Source of the DNA: Thermodesulfobacteriota bacterium
GTDB taxonomy: Bacteria; Desulfobacterota; GWC2-55-46; JADFVP01
Assembly (NCBI GenBank): GCA_046754225.1
Contig: JBHHVI010000005.1
Coordinates: 1-58,429 of the forward strand
Length of the DNA: 58,429 nt
Direction of reading: 5' to 3'
In this document: positions 27,893-36,947 of the stretch, piece by piece
How the letters are laid out: each line of letters opens with the position of its first letter
Numbering within the stretch: position 1 is the stretch's first letter
Notes under the pieces: model-generated
The model's input: only the letters and a program-made list of their open reading frames with translations
Databases searched by the model: none
Told to the model about the DNA's origin: nothing
Made by a program: the position numbers and the translations under genes

Positions 27893-28699
27893 ATGATATA
27901 CGCCGCCGTAACAGGGGCCGCCGGAAGGATGGGTACGGCCATAATACGCGCAATACAGAACAATCCTTCCATATCCATAAGCGGCGCCATGGAAAGAGAG
28001 GATTCCCCCGCTATAGGCAGGGACTCAGGCGAGGCCGCGGGATGTGAAAAGACCGGGGTCAAGATAACGGCTGAGCGAAGCCGGACCTTTAAAAAGGCCG
28101 ACGTCATTATAGACTTTTCCACGCCCGAGTCGTCAATTGCCACACTTGAGAACGCCGTGGACCTCAAAAAGGCCGTTGTCATAGGCACGACGGGGTTCTC
28201 GCTGCACCAGAGGGACAGGATAAAGGAGCTGGCCCACAAGACGCGGGTGGTTATGGCGCCCAACATGAGCGTGGGCGTGAACCTCCTCTTTAAACTCGTG
28301 GCCGACGCCGCCTCGGTGGTGGGCAGGGATTACGACATCGAAATCGTGGAATACCACCACAGGCACAAAAAGGACGCCCCTTCCGGCACGGCGCTCCGCA
28401 TAGCCGAGGTGGCGGCGAATAAACTCGGCAGGGACCTTGAAAAGGTCGCCGTATATGAGAGAAAAGGCATCATCGGCGAGAGGAGGCGCGACGAAATCGG
28501 CATTCAGAGCGTACGCGGCGGAGACATCGTGGGCGACCATACCACCATATTCGCAGGCCCGGGAGAGAGGATAGAGATTACGCACAGGGCCTCGTCGCGA
28601 GAGACCTTTGCACAGGGCGCAGTAAGGGCCGCCCTGTGGGTGGCTAACAAGCCGGACGGCATCTACGATATGCAGGACGTGCTCGGCTTTAAGGATTAA
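27893..28699 (+). CDS. dapB: 4-hydroxy-tetrahydrodipicolinate reductase
   Basis: GAAGRMG, IDFS, GTTG, APNMSVG and HHRHKKDAPSGTA motifs. Confidence 0.97.
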   Translation: MIYAAVTGAAGRMGTAIIRAIQNNPSISISGAMEREDSPAIGRDSGEAAGCEKTGVKITAERSRTFKKADVIIDFSTPESSIATLENAVDLKKAVVIGTTGFSLHQRDRIKELAHKTRVVMAPNMSVGVNLLFKLVADAASVVGRDYDIEIVEYHHRHKKDAPSGTALRIAEVAANKLGRDLEKVAVYERKGIIGERRRDEIGIQSVRGGDIVGDHTTIFAGPGERIEITHRASSRETFAQGAVRAALWVANKPDGIYDMQDVLGFKD

Positions 28700-28718
28700 A
28701 AAAAGGAGGATTTGAAAT

Positions 28719-29513
28719 ATGGGTCAGCAGGTAAAGTCGTACAGTTTCATCTTCTACGCGGTCTTTTTTTCAGTCTTCATGTATATGAACGCGCAGGCGG
28801 CCGACGTCTCCGCCTTTCAGGGGCCCGGCTGCATGGGCGAGTGCACCGACTGCCACACCCTTAAAACAAAAGAGGCCGACAAACTCCTGAAGACGGAAAA
28901 ATTCGGCGCCAAAATAAAGGACATAAAAATGGGCCCCATAAAGGGGCTCTGGCAGGTGGAGTTGACAAGGGGAGACAAGAAGTTTATCGTCTTTGTGGAC
29001 TTTGCGAAAAAATATCTTATAGAAAATTTAAGGTTTACTCCCCTTGAAAAGATCGGCGAGTCGGCCGAGCTCAAAAGAGTGGATACGAAAAAGATACCCC
29101 TTGAAAACGCCCTCATCATGGGAGACCCCGGGGCTGAAAAGAAGATCATCGTCTTTGACGACCCGGAATGTCCTTACTGCAAAAAGCTGCATAATGAGAT
29201 AAAAAAGATAGTCAAGGAGAGAAAGGATATAGTCTTTTATATCAAGATGTTCCCACTGCCCTCACACCCCGGCGCATATGACAAGAGCAAGACCATAGTG
29301 TGCAAGAAATCCGTGGCGCTTCTCGACGACGCCTTCGCCGGGAAAAAACTGGAAAAGCCCGCCTGCGAGACTACGGAGATCGAAGATAATATAAAACTCG
29401 CCCGGGAGTTCGAGATAAGGGGTACGCCCGCGATTATACTGCCTGACGGAAGGCTTGTCCCGGGATACGTGCCGGCCAAGGCGCTTCTCGGCCTTATGGA
29501 CAATCCGGGCTAA
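28719..29513 (+). CDS. dsbC: DsbC-family thiol:disulfide interchange protein with an extra N-terminal Cys/His motif
   Basis: Signal peptide, dimerisation-like domain, DPECPYC active site and RGTP cis-Pro loop; N-terminal CMGECTDCH. Confidence 0.8.
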   Translation: MGQQVKSYSFIFYAVFFSVFMYMNAQAADVSAFQGPGCMGECTDCHTLKTKEADKLLKTEKFGAKIKDIKMGPIKGLWQVELTRGDKKFIVFVDFAKKYLIENLRFTPLEKIGESAELKRVDTKKIPLENALIMGDPGAEKKIIVFDDPECPYCKKLHNEIKKIVKERKDIVFYIKMFPLPSHPGAYDKSKTIVCKKSVALLDDAFAGKKLEKPACETTEIEDNIKLAREFEIRGTPAIILPDGRLVPGYVPAKALLGLMDNPG

Positions 29514-29571
29514 AACTCCGCCCGTCTTTCCTTCATCAAGACAAACAATCGCATCTGAGCTTGAACGCGGG

Positions 29572-29592
29572 GGCCCGGGAATCCGGGCCTTT
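29572..29592 (+). terminator. Candidate terminator hairpin between the convergent dsbC and tRNA-Thr
   Basis: GGCCCGG-GAAT-CCGGGCC followed by only a short TTT run. Confidence 0.4.
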
Positions 29593-29627
29593 CGAATGAC
29601 GGCGCACAGCGTACAGGGATTCAGAAA

Positions 29628-29702
<75 letters not shown>

Positions 29703-29853
29703 CGAGGTGGATAAAAGGCAGTAAGCTAATAATAAGCCAAAGAAAAAATCAGGTCAAGGAACAAAAGAGGATTGTAATTAAAATTACAGCATTTTTTTGA
29801 GAGACCCCGTATCTTTAACCTTGCTTTAATCTTTACATCTGTAAGATTGGGAT

Positions 29854-31311
29854 ATGATGGCAGACGTATACAAAAATAGCACAGGGCACCAGGGCGAGAA
29901 GATACTCGTCATAGACGAAGGCGGCGCGGAGCGCGCTTTTTTCCAAAAAGCCCTCAGCTCCAACGGCTTTGTTGCCCGGTTCAGCGCCGACGGAAAAGAC
30001 GGCCTGAAGGCCGCCAGAGACTGGCACCCCTCGGTGATTCTCCTTAATCTTGCCGGTACCGACAAGAAAATCCTTGAGCTCTGCCGGAGGATAAGAGGGG
30101 TGGAGTCAGGCCCCCGCCCGTCCATCATAGTCGTATCCGGGAAAAAGAAAAAGAAGGACCTCCTCGATATAATATCCGGGGGCGCCGATGACTTCATATT
30201 CAAGCCCCTGGACGAGACCGAACTGAGAGTAAGGATAGAAGAACAATTCAGGCACGGTGATTTCCTTAAGACGCTTACGGGAGAGCAGAAAAACATCAAA
30301 TCTCTCGTTGAGATAAGTAACGCAATTTCTGCAAGCCTTAATCCCGCCGAAGTCCTTAAAACAATAGTAACGAAAGTCGCCTCGGCCACGGGAGCGGAGC
30401 GCTGCTCCATCGTTCTTGTATCGAATGACGACGAAGGCTTTGTCCTTGCCTCCCATGACGACCCGAAACTCAAGGACCTGAAAATAGACCTCTCAAAGTA
30501 CCCGGAGATAAGGGAGGCAGTGAAGCAAAAAAGCCCCCTCTTCATCGAGGAAATGACATCGAGCCCCATTATGTCCGGCGTAAAAAAATTTATAAACAAG
30601 TTGAGAGGCAAAAGCGTACTCATAGTCCCCATAGTATTAAATGACAGGGTCCTGGGCACGCTCTTTTTACGGACAAAAAAAAGGGGGCAGGTTTTCAGCA
30701 AGGATGAGATAGATTTTTGCAGGATCGTCGCCAACTCCTCTTTCCACGCCATCAGGAACGCGCGGATATACCAGGAGTCGATGGAGGAGAAAGAGCATTT
30801 GAGGGAGGCGTCCATAAGGGACCACCTCACCGCCCTGTACAACCACAACCATTTTTATTTGAGGCTTGAGGAAGACTTTGAGCGGGCTTCGCGATACATG
30901 CTCCCGCTTTCCGTTATTATGATGGATATTGACAACTTCAAGCGGATTAACGACGGCTACGGGCACCGCACCGGCGATGTTGTACTTAAAGAGATGGCCA
31001 ACAGGATAAAACAGGCCATAAGGAAATCCGACATCGTGGCCCGCTACGGCGGCGAGGAGTTCGCCATAATACTGCCCCATACCGACCTCGCGGGGGCCGC
31101 CGGCGAGGCCGAAAGGCTCCGTAAGATAATCGAGGAGATGGCATACAAAAAACTTCCCGGCGTAAAGATCACAATGAGCCTCGGTGTGGCGTCATATCCT
31201 CACAAAAAGATCGCCGAGTACGGAGACCTCGTAAACAGGGCCGATGACGCACTTTACAGGGCGAAGAAAAAGGGCCGGAACCGCGTCGTAGTCGACAACG
31301 GAAAAGACTGA
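29854..31311 (+). CDS. Diguanylate cyclase, REC-GAF-GGDEF
   Basis: N-terminal receiver-like domain, GAF domain, DIDNFKRINDGYGH, RKSD I-site and GGEEF active site. Confidence 0.92.
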   Translation: MMADVYKNSTGHQGEKILVIDEGGAERAFFQKALSSNGFVARFSADGKDGLKAARDWHPSVILLNLAGTDKKILELCRRIRGVESGPRPSIIVVSGKKKKKDLLDIISGGADDFIFKPLDETELRVRIEEQFRHGDFLKTLTGEQKNIKSLVEISNAISASLNPAEVLKTIVTKVASATGAERCSIVLVSNDDEGFVLASHDDPKLKDLKIDLSKYPEIREAVKQKSPLFIEEMTSSPIMSGVKKFINKLRGKSVLIVPIVLNDRVLGTLFLRTKKRGQVFSKDEIDFCRIVANSSFHAIRNARIYQESMEEKEHLREASIRDHLTALYNHNHFYLRLEEDFERASRYMLPLSVIMMDIDNFKRINDGYGHRTGDVVLKEMANRIKQAIRKSDIVARYGGEEFAIILPHTDLAGAAGEAERLRKIIEEMAYKKLPGVKITMSLGVASYPHKKIAEYGDLVNRADDALYRAKKKGRNRVVVDNGKD

Positions 31312-31337
31312 CCCCCCCTCCCCATCATCCATATATA

Positions 31338-32606
31338 TCAATCACCGGTTATCTTTATAGCGCAGAGGCTTCCGCACATGGTGCAGACATCGGAGTCCAC
31401 GGGCGGAGCCGTCTCCCTTAAGACCCTGGCCGTTTCCGGGTCTATGGAGAGCCTTATCTGCTCATCCCAGTCAAGTTTTTTTCTCGCCCCTGAGAGCCTT
31501 ATATCGCTATCCATGAAGCGTCTGTCCTTGGCTATGTCGCCTGCATGGGCGGCGATCCTCGCGGCCACTACGCCTTCTTTCACGTCTTTCACTTGAGGAA
31601 GCCTCAGGTGCTCCGAAGGGGTCACGTAGCATAAAAAATCCGCCCCCGCCGAAGCGGCTATGGCGCCCCCTATGGCTGAGGTGATGTGATCGTAACCCGG
31701 GGCTATGTCGGTGACAAGGGGACCGAGGACGTAAAAAGGCGCGCCGTTACAGAGCCTCTTTTGAAGGAGGATATTCGCCTCTATCTGGTCTATGGGCACA
31801 TGGCCCGGTCCCTCTACCATTACCTGAACGCCCTCCTCTCTGGCTCTACGCGCTAAGTCCCCAAGGGTGATAAGCTCCTCTATCTGGGCCCTGTCAGTGG
31901 CGTCGGCAAGACAACCTGGCCTCAAGCCGTCTCCGAGACTCAATACTACATCATATTTCCGGGCGATCTTTATGAGGCGTGAAAAATCCTCAAAGAGAGG
32001 GTTTTCCCTCTTATTGTACCTCATCCACTCGGCGGTGAGCGCTCCGCCCCGGCTTACCACCCCCATTATCCTCCCCTCTTCCTTTATCCTTTCAAGGGCG
32101 GCGCGGGTGACGCCTGAGTGGAGCGTCATGAAATCCACGCCCTCCTCGGCCTGCCTCTCGATGACCTCGAAGATATCCTCGGGGTCTATCTCGACAAAGG
32201 ATTTTTCACGCTCCCTGCTCGTAACGGCGGCCTCGTATATGGGGACGGTCCCTATAGGCACGGCCGACTCATCAAGTATGGCCCTCCGTATCTTTTTAAG
32301 GTCTCCGCCTGTTGAAAGGTCCATCACCGCGTCGGCCCCGGCCTCTACAGCGGCCTTGAGTTTCTCGATCTCCAGGTTAATGTCGGCGCTGTCCTCGGAG
32401 GTCCCTATATTGGCGTTCACCTTGGTGCGGAGCCCCTTTCCCACGCCAAGCCCCTCTATATTCTTACGGAGCGCGTTCTTTACGACTATGACGGTCCCGT
32501 CTTCGACGCACCGGCGTATATATTCAGGGCTGACCCCCTCGGTGGAAGCGGCCCTTTTCATCTCTTCCGTTACCTCGCCCTTTCGGGCGCGTTCAAGCTG
32601 TGTCAT
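31338..32606 (-). CDS. thiC: Phosphomethylpyrimidine synthase (short type)
   Basis: TKVNANIGTS, MDLSTGG, SRGG, EGPGH, PGYDHI and C-terminal CTMCGSLC motifs; located in the thiamine operon. Confidence 0.9.
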   Translation of the reverse strand: MTQLERARKGEVTEEMKRAASTEGVSPEYIRRCVEDGTVIVVKNALRKNIEGLGVGKGLRTKVNANIGTSEDSADINLEIEKLKAAVEAGADAVMDLSTGGDLKKIRRAILDESAVPIGTVPIYEAAVTSREREKSFVEIDPEDIFEVIERQAEEGVDFMTLHSGVTRAALERIKEEGRIMGVVSRGGALTAEWMRYNKRENPLFEDFSRLIKIARKYDVVLSLGDGLRPGCLADATDRAQIEELITLGDLARRAREEGVQVMVEGPGHVPIDQIEANILLQKRLCNGAPFYVLGPLVTDIAPGYDHITSAIGGAIAASAGADFLCYVTPSEHLRLPQVKDVKEGVVAARIAAHAGDIAKDRRFMDSDIRLSGARKKLDWDEQIRLSIDPETARVLRETAPPVDSDVCTMCGSLCAIKITGD

Positions 32607-32626
32607 CTCAACACCTCAATATTTAA

Positions 32627-33370
32627 TTAAAATTTTTGTTCAAATAAGTCTAAAAATTGCCCGGCAAGTTTCCCGGCCTTCTCCCTCTCACCGCCGGCGC
32701 CGAGTATGGCCGATATTACGGCCGCGCCCCTTGCGCCGGCCCCTATGACTTCACGGACGTTTTTACTCTTAATCCCCCCTATGGCGTAGACCGGGACAAA
32801 CACACCGGCCGCCACCTCTTTAAGGGTCTTTATTCCCACAGGCTCGCCGTAAGGCGCCTTGGATGGCGTAAAATAGACAGGGCCCAGAGTTATGTAATCG
32901 GCGCCGTCTTTTTGGGCCTTCAGGGCCTCGGCGAGGCTGTGAGTTGAAACGCCTATAAGCGCGCCGGGGCCAAGACAACCCCGCGCGTCGGCCGGAGAAA
33001 AACTCCTCTGGCCGAGATGCACGCCGTCGGCCCCGCAAAGCTCCGCTATATCGACCCTGTCGTTGATGATAAGCGCGGCGCGAAACCTTTTCGTAAGCCC
33101 CCTCAAGGCCAGCGAAAGCCTGAGCAAGTCTCTGGCGGGAAGCCCCTTTTCCCTTAACTGCACGGCCGTCACCCCGCCGTCGAGGGCCGCGGCCACGGCG
33201 TCTACAAAGCCGCCTTCGTCGCGGTAAAGACCCCTGTCAGTTACAAGACAGAGTCCGTAATCTTTATCTGCATTTAATCCGGCTGACAATTCTAATATTA
33301 ACCCCTGCTTCCTTAATGTTAACCCCTGTCTCTTGCCTTCCCCTCTTTGCCCGCCTTTTCCGGCTCCCAA
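32627..33370 (-). CDS. thiE: Thiamine phosphate synthase (true start uncertain, possibly the TTG at 33289)
   Basis: VQLREK, IINDRVD, DGVHLGQ, GVSTH, TPSK and AIGGI motifs. Confidence 0.92.
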   Translation of the reverse strand: MGAGKGGQRGEGKRQGLTLRKQGLILELSAGLNADKDYGLCLVTDRGLYRDEGGFVDAVAAALDGGVTAVQLREKGLPARDLLRLSLALRGLTKRFRAALIINDRVDIAELCGADGVHLGQRSFSPADARGCLGPGALIGVSTHSLAEALKAQKDGADYITLGPVYFTPSKAPYGEPVGIKTLKEVAAGVFVPVYAIGGIKSKNVREVIGAGARGAAVISAILGAGGEREKAGKLAGQFLDLFEQKF

Positions 33371-34125
33371 AGTCTTCTGTTTATGATTATCAGAGCGGCT
33401 ATGATTATAAGCGCCGCGCTTACGACCTGAGCGGCGCGAAGCCCACCGAGCATCAGACTGTCGGCCCTGAAGGATTCCACAAAGAACCTCCCCGCCGAAT
33501 ACAAGCCCACATAAGAGGCGAAGATAAAGCCGTCACTGTGTTCCCTCTTTCTAAAGAAAAACCAGAGGATCGAAAATATCGAGAAGTTGATAAAGAGTTC
33601 GTAGAGCATCACCGGGTGCAGGGGGATGCCCGGAAATTGCCTTCCGGCCACACTCTCGGGAGAAAAGACAACGCCCCATGGCAGGTTCGTGGGCACACCG
33701 TGGGCGTCGCCGTTCATGAAGTTTCCGAACCTGCCGAAGGCCTGACCCAGTATGAGGACCGGCGCCACGGAGTCGGCCATCTGCCAGAACCGTATTTTTT
33801 TACGCCTTAGATAGAGCCACGCGGCGCCTATGCCCCCGATAAGTCCGCCGTGGATGGCGAGCCCGCCGTGCCATATTGCCGGCATCTCGCGGGGAAAAGC
33901 GGCGTAATAGCCCAGATTGAAGAGTATATAGTAGACCCGCGCCACGACCACGCCGCCGACGACGGTCCATATTATAAAATTCAGGACCTCATCATCGGTG
34001 AGTTTAAGCCCCTTTCTCTTTACCTCTCTCTTTATGAGATAAGTGCCCACAACAATGGCGACAACGTACATAAGCCCGTAAAAACGTATCTCTATGGGGC
34101 CGAATTTAAAAAGAATGGGGTGCAA
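33319..34125 (-). CDS. lgt: Prolipoprotein diacylglyceryl transferase
   Basis: IRFYGLMY, HGGLAIHGG, GRFGNFMNGD, HPVMLYE and RFFVESFR motifs. Confidence 0.93.
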   Translation of the reverse strand: MHPILFKFGPIEIRFYGLMYVVAIVVGTYLIKREVKRKGLKLTDDEVLNFIIWTVVGGVVVARVYYILFNLGYYAAFPREMPAIWHGGLAIHGGLIGGIGAAWLYLRRKKIRFWQMADSVAPVLILGQAFGRFGNFMNGDAHGVPTNLPWGVVFSPESVAGRQFPGIPLHPVMLYELFINFSIFSILWFFFRKREHSDGFIFASYVGLYSAGRFFVESFRADSLMLGGLRAAQVVSAALIIIAALIIINRRLWEPEKAGKEGKARDRG

Positions 34126-34179
34126 GGCTAAAAACCTCCAGTCGGTGTTATTCCATATTCAAGAGGGACGGGGCTCTGC

Positions 34180-34950
34180 TTACTCGACAAGCCCTTCCAC
34201 GGGGCTTGAAGCCGCGGCGTAAAGTTTTTTAGGTATGCGGCCCGCGAGGTAGGCGAGCCTTCCGGCCTCGGTGGCGCGCCTCATGGCCTTTGCCATGGAG
34301 ACGGGGTCCTTTGCAGAGGCTATGCCCGTGTTCATAAGGAGCCCGTCGCAGCCAAGTTCCATGGCGAGCGCCGCGTCAGAGGCGGTGCCCACCCCGGCGT
34401 CCACTATCACGGGGACCTTCGCCGACTCGAGTATTATCCTGATGTTATGGGGGTTCCGTATGCCGAGTCCACTCCCTATGGGCGCGGCAAGGGGCATAAC
34501 CGCCACGCAACCCGCCTCTTCGAGCTTTTTCGCCATCACCGGGTCGTCTATCATGTAGGGGAGCACCTTGAAACCCTCTTTGACGAGCGTCTTCGCGGCG
34601 CCGAGGAGCGCCTCGTTGTCGGGAAAAAGCGTCCTTTCGTCTCCGATAACCTCGAGTTTTACGAGGTCCGTGTCGAGGGCCTCCCTGGCGAGCCGAGCCG
34701 TCCTTACGGCGTCTTCGGCGGTGTAGCACCCCGCGGTATTGGGAAGGATCGTATACCTCGACGTATCTATATGGTCAAGGAGCGACTCCTCTTTACCCCC
34801 GAGGTTCACCCTCCTTACGGCAACGGTCACTACTTCCGCGCCTGAAGCGTAGAGGGCCTCCTCCATTATCTCGTTAGACGTATATTTTCCGGTACCGACC
34901 ATAAGCCGTGATCGAAAATTCCTCCCGCCTATCTTAAGCGCGTCATCCAT
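34180..34950 (-). CDS. thiG: Thiazole synthase
   Basis: [34 protein letters not shown] and VDAGVG motifs. Confidence 0.97.
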   Translation of the reverse strand: MDDALKIGGRNFRSRLMVGTGKYTSNEIMEEALYASGAEVVTVAVRRVNLGGKEESLLDHIDTSRYTILPNTAGCYTAEDAVRTARLAREALDTDLVKLEVIGDERTLFPDNEALLGAAKTLVKEGFKVLPYMIDDPVMAKKLEEAGCVAVMPLAAPIGSGLGIRNPHNIRIILESAKVPVIVDAGVGTASDAALAMELGCDGLLMNTGIASAKDPVSMAKAMRRATEAGRLAYLAGRIPKKLYAAASSPVEGLVE

Positions 34951-34976
34951 TTCTCATCTCCTTCTTGCTGAAAAAT

Positions 34977-35177
34977 TTAACCTCCCCCGACCATCCTTAT
35001 AATCTCAACACGGTCCCCTTCTTCGAGGACCTTCTCCCCGTAACTCCCCCTGGGGACCACTTCTCTGTTGACATCGACGGCTATCCCCGCCCTTTTTATC
35101 TCAAGTTCCTCAACAAGGTCTTCGAGTGTCATACCGTCACTAACCTCACGGGACTCGCCGTTTATCTTGAGGATCAT
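34977..35177 (-). CDS. thiS: Sulfur carrier protein
   Basis: 66 aa ubiquitin-like protein ending GDRVEIIRMVGGG. Confidence 0.95.
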   Translation of the reverse strand: MILKINGESREVSDGMTLEDLVEELEIKRAGIAVDVNREVVPRGSYGEKVLEEGDRVEIIRMVGGG

Positions 35178-35186
35178 ACCCGCCCC

Positions 35187-36557
35187 CTAAAAGAAAATGT
35201 CACGCCCGCCATCCTCAATCTCCTTGAGCCTCTCTTGAACGGCCTTTCGCATCACGGGATCTTTTATCTCCTTGAGGCTTAATTTTATCGCCTTTTCAAT
35301 CGACCCCTTCATGCCGTTCTTTGAGTAGTCCGTCAAAAATTCCTTGAGCGTAAGAGCGGCGTTGGCGCTGCAAAATTTTTCCATTGACCCCGAGGCGGTC
35401 TTATCCGTAAACTCCGCCCCGGTCCTCCCGACGCGGTAGCATGTGGTGCAGAGGCTCGGCACAAACCCCTCATCGATTATGGACTTCATAACCTCGGCGA
35501 GGCTCCTGTGGTCGTTGGTGGAGAACTGCTCGAGGGAGGGTTTTTGTTTTGTATTGACGGCGTATCCGCCCGGGTCTGTGCGCGACGCCGCGCTCATCTG
35601 GCTCGCCCCTGAATGCACAAGGGCGCTCCTGAGGCCCGCCGGCTCCCTCGTGGAGACGACAACGCCGGCGGTGGGCACGGCGAGGCGGAATACGGCCACG
35701 ATCTTCTTGAGTTCGGTCTCCGTAACAGGGGCGGGTATCTCCTTTAACCCGGAGCCCGCGGCGGGCCTGAGCCTTGGAACGGATATTGTATGGGCGTGGG
35801 CGCCGAACTCCCCGTAAAGGTGCTTTGAGTGGGCGATTGTACAGAGGCAATCGAACCTGTAGTCGTAAAGGCCGAGGAGCGGGCCTATCCCCACGTCCCT
35901 GAAACCCGCCCCAACGGCCCTGTCCATTACCGAGAGCCTCAAGTCAAACCCGCTCTTACGGCCCGAGGGGTGCATTGCTTTATAAGTATCCCTGTGGTAG
36001 GTCTCCTGAAAGGCCTGGTATACGCCCGCGCCCGCCTTCTTTATTTCTCTAAAACTCTCTTTATCCATGGGCGGGGCGTTTAAGTGCACTATCCTCATGC
36101 CCGTATTTTCATAAACCACCTTAATGGCGGATACGATATAATCAACACCCCACCTCGGGTCCTCGCCCGTTACGAGAAGCACCCTTTTAAAGCCCATGGA
36201 TTCAAGCCTTCTGGCCTCGCTGACCACCTCTTCCATTGAAAGGGCCTTTCTCTGGACATCCCTGTTGGGGCCCCTGAACCCGCAGTAAACGCAGCTGTTG
36301 GTGCAATAATTTGAAAGGTAAAGGGGGGCGAAGAGGACGACCCTTTTGCCGAAAAGACGCTCCTTTACCTCTCCGGCCTTTTTATAAAGGGCCTGAAGAA
36401 GCCCTTTGTCCTCAATAGAGAGGAGCAGGTTAGACTCTTCAAGTCCGAGCCCCTTGGCCCGCCCCGCATCTTTAAGTATGGAGAGGACTTCCCCTTTCTT
36501 TGCCGGGGGCGCCCCTTTAAGAGCGGTTATCTTTTCAAAATCTATAATCAACTTCAC
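35187..36557 (-). CDS. Radical SAM tyrosine lyase of the ThiH/HydG family, HydG-type sequence in the ThiH position
   Basis: FAPLYLSNYCTNSCVYCGF, FQETYH and HTISVPRL motifs, a C-terminal CTTCYR-x20-C motif and a final GGRDIFF. Confidence 0.9.
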   Translation of the reverse strand: MKLIIDFEKITALKGAPPAKKGEVLSILKDAGRAKGLGLEESNLLLSIEDKGLLQALYKKAGEVKERLFGKRVVLFAPLYLSNYCTNSCVYCGFRGPNRDVQRKALSMEEVVSEARRLESMGFKRVLLVTGEDPRWGVDYIVSAIKVVYENTGMRIVHLNAPPMDKESFREIKKAGAGVYQAFQETYHRDTYKAMHPSGRKSGFDLRLSVMDRAVGAGFRDVGIGPLLGLYDYRFDCLCTIAHSKHLYGEFGAHAHTISVPRLRPAAGSGLKEIPAPVTETELKKIVAVFRLAVPTAGVVVSTREPAGLRSALVHSGASQMSAASRTDPGGYAVNTKQKPSLEQFSTNDHRSLAEVMKSIIDEGFVPSLCTTCYRVGRTGAEFTDKTASGSMEKFCSANAALTLKEFLTDYSKNGMKGSIEKAIKLSLKEIKDPVMRKAVQERLKEIEDGGRDIFF

Positions 36558-36598
36558 CCCGCATAAATGTTTTAATAAAAATCGGTTTAACGGAAATC

Positions 36599-36625
36599 AA
36601 AAAAACCGCCCTGAGGGTCAGGCGG
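36599..36625 (-). terminator. Intrinsic terminator of the TPP riboswitch expression platform
   Basis: Minus strand CCGCCTGACCCTCAGGGCGG followed by a 7-U run, between the aptamer and the first thi gene. Confidence 0.75.
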
Positions 36626-36677
36626 CTCTACTTTCCATTAAGACTGGAAGGTATTCTACTGGAGAGTATTGATGAAA

Positions 36678-36790
36678 ACCGCTTCCCTACGCTGGCATTA
36701 CCCAGATCAGGTCGTTAGGGTCTTCTCCTTATATATATGAAAACTATATACTGGAGAACTCTCAGCCCCCCCGGGGCTCCCCTGGCGTTA
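36678..36790 (-). promoter_or_regulatory. TPP riboswitch (THI element)
   Basis: Minus strand CAGGGGAGCC...GGCTGAGA...ACCCTAACGACCTGATCTGGGTAATGCCAGCGTAGGGAAG, upstream of the thi genes. Confidence 0.95.
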
Positions 36791-36826
36791 TGGCCCGCTT
36801 ATTTAAAAGAGGGTTTTAATATAATA

Positions 36827-36855
36827 AAGATATCAGCAGTTAAAGGATTAGTCAA
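36827..36855 (-). promoter_or_regulatory. Candidate sigma70 promoter of the thi leader
   Basis: Minus strand TTGACT, 17-bp spacer, TATCTT, just upstream of the aptamer. Confidence 0.55.
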
Positions 36856-36947
36856 GGGGTTTGGGGCCGGAGCTGCCCTAAAATTTATTGGAGCGGCCGG
36901 GTGTTGGTTGGAGAGGCCCAAGGTTAAAAGGGGTGCCGGGAAAAGAC

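Noticed and set aside
29826-30848. Long antisense ORFs (340 aa here; also 31867-32748, 41896-42693, 49444-50262, 27499-28266)
   Set aside because: They are shadow frames opposite well-supported genes and carry no recognisable motifs.
31338-32606. BzaA/B/F (benzimidazole synthesis) instead of ThiC
   Set aside because: These cannot be separated by eye, but the TPP riboswitch and thiSGE context favour ThiC.
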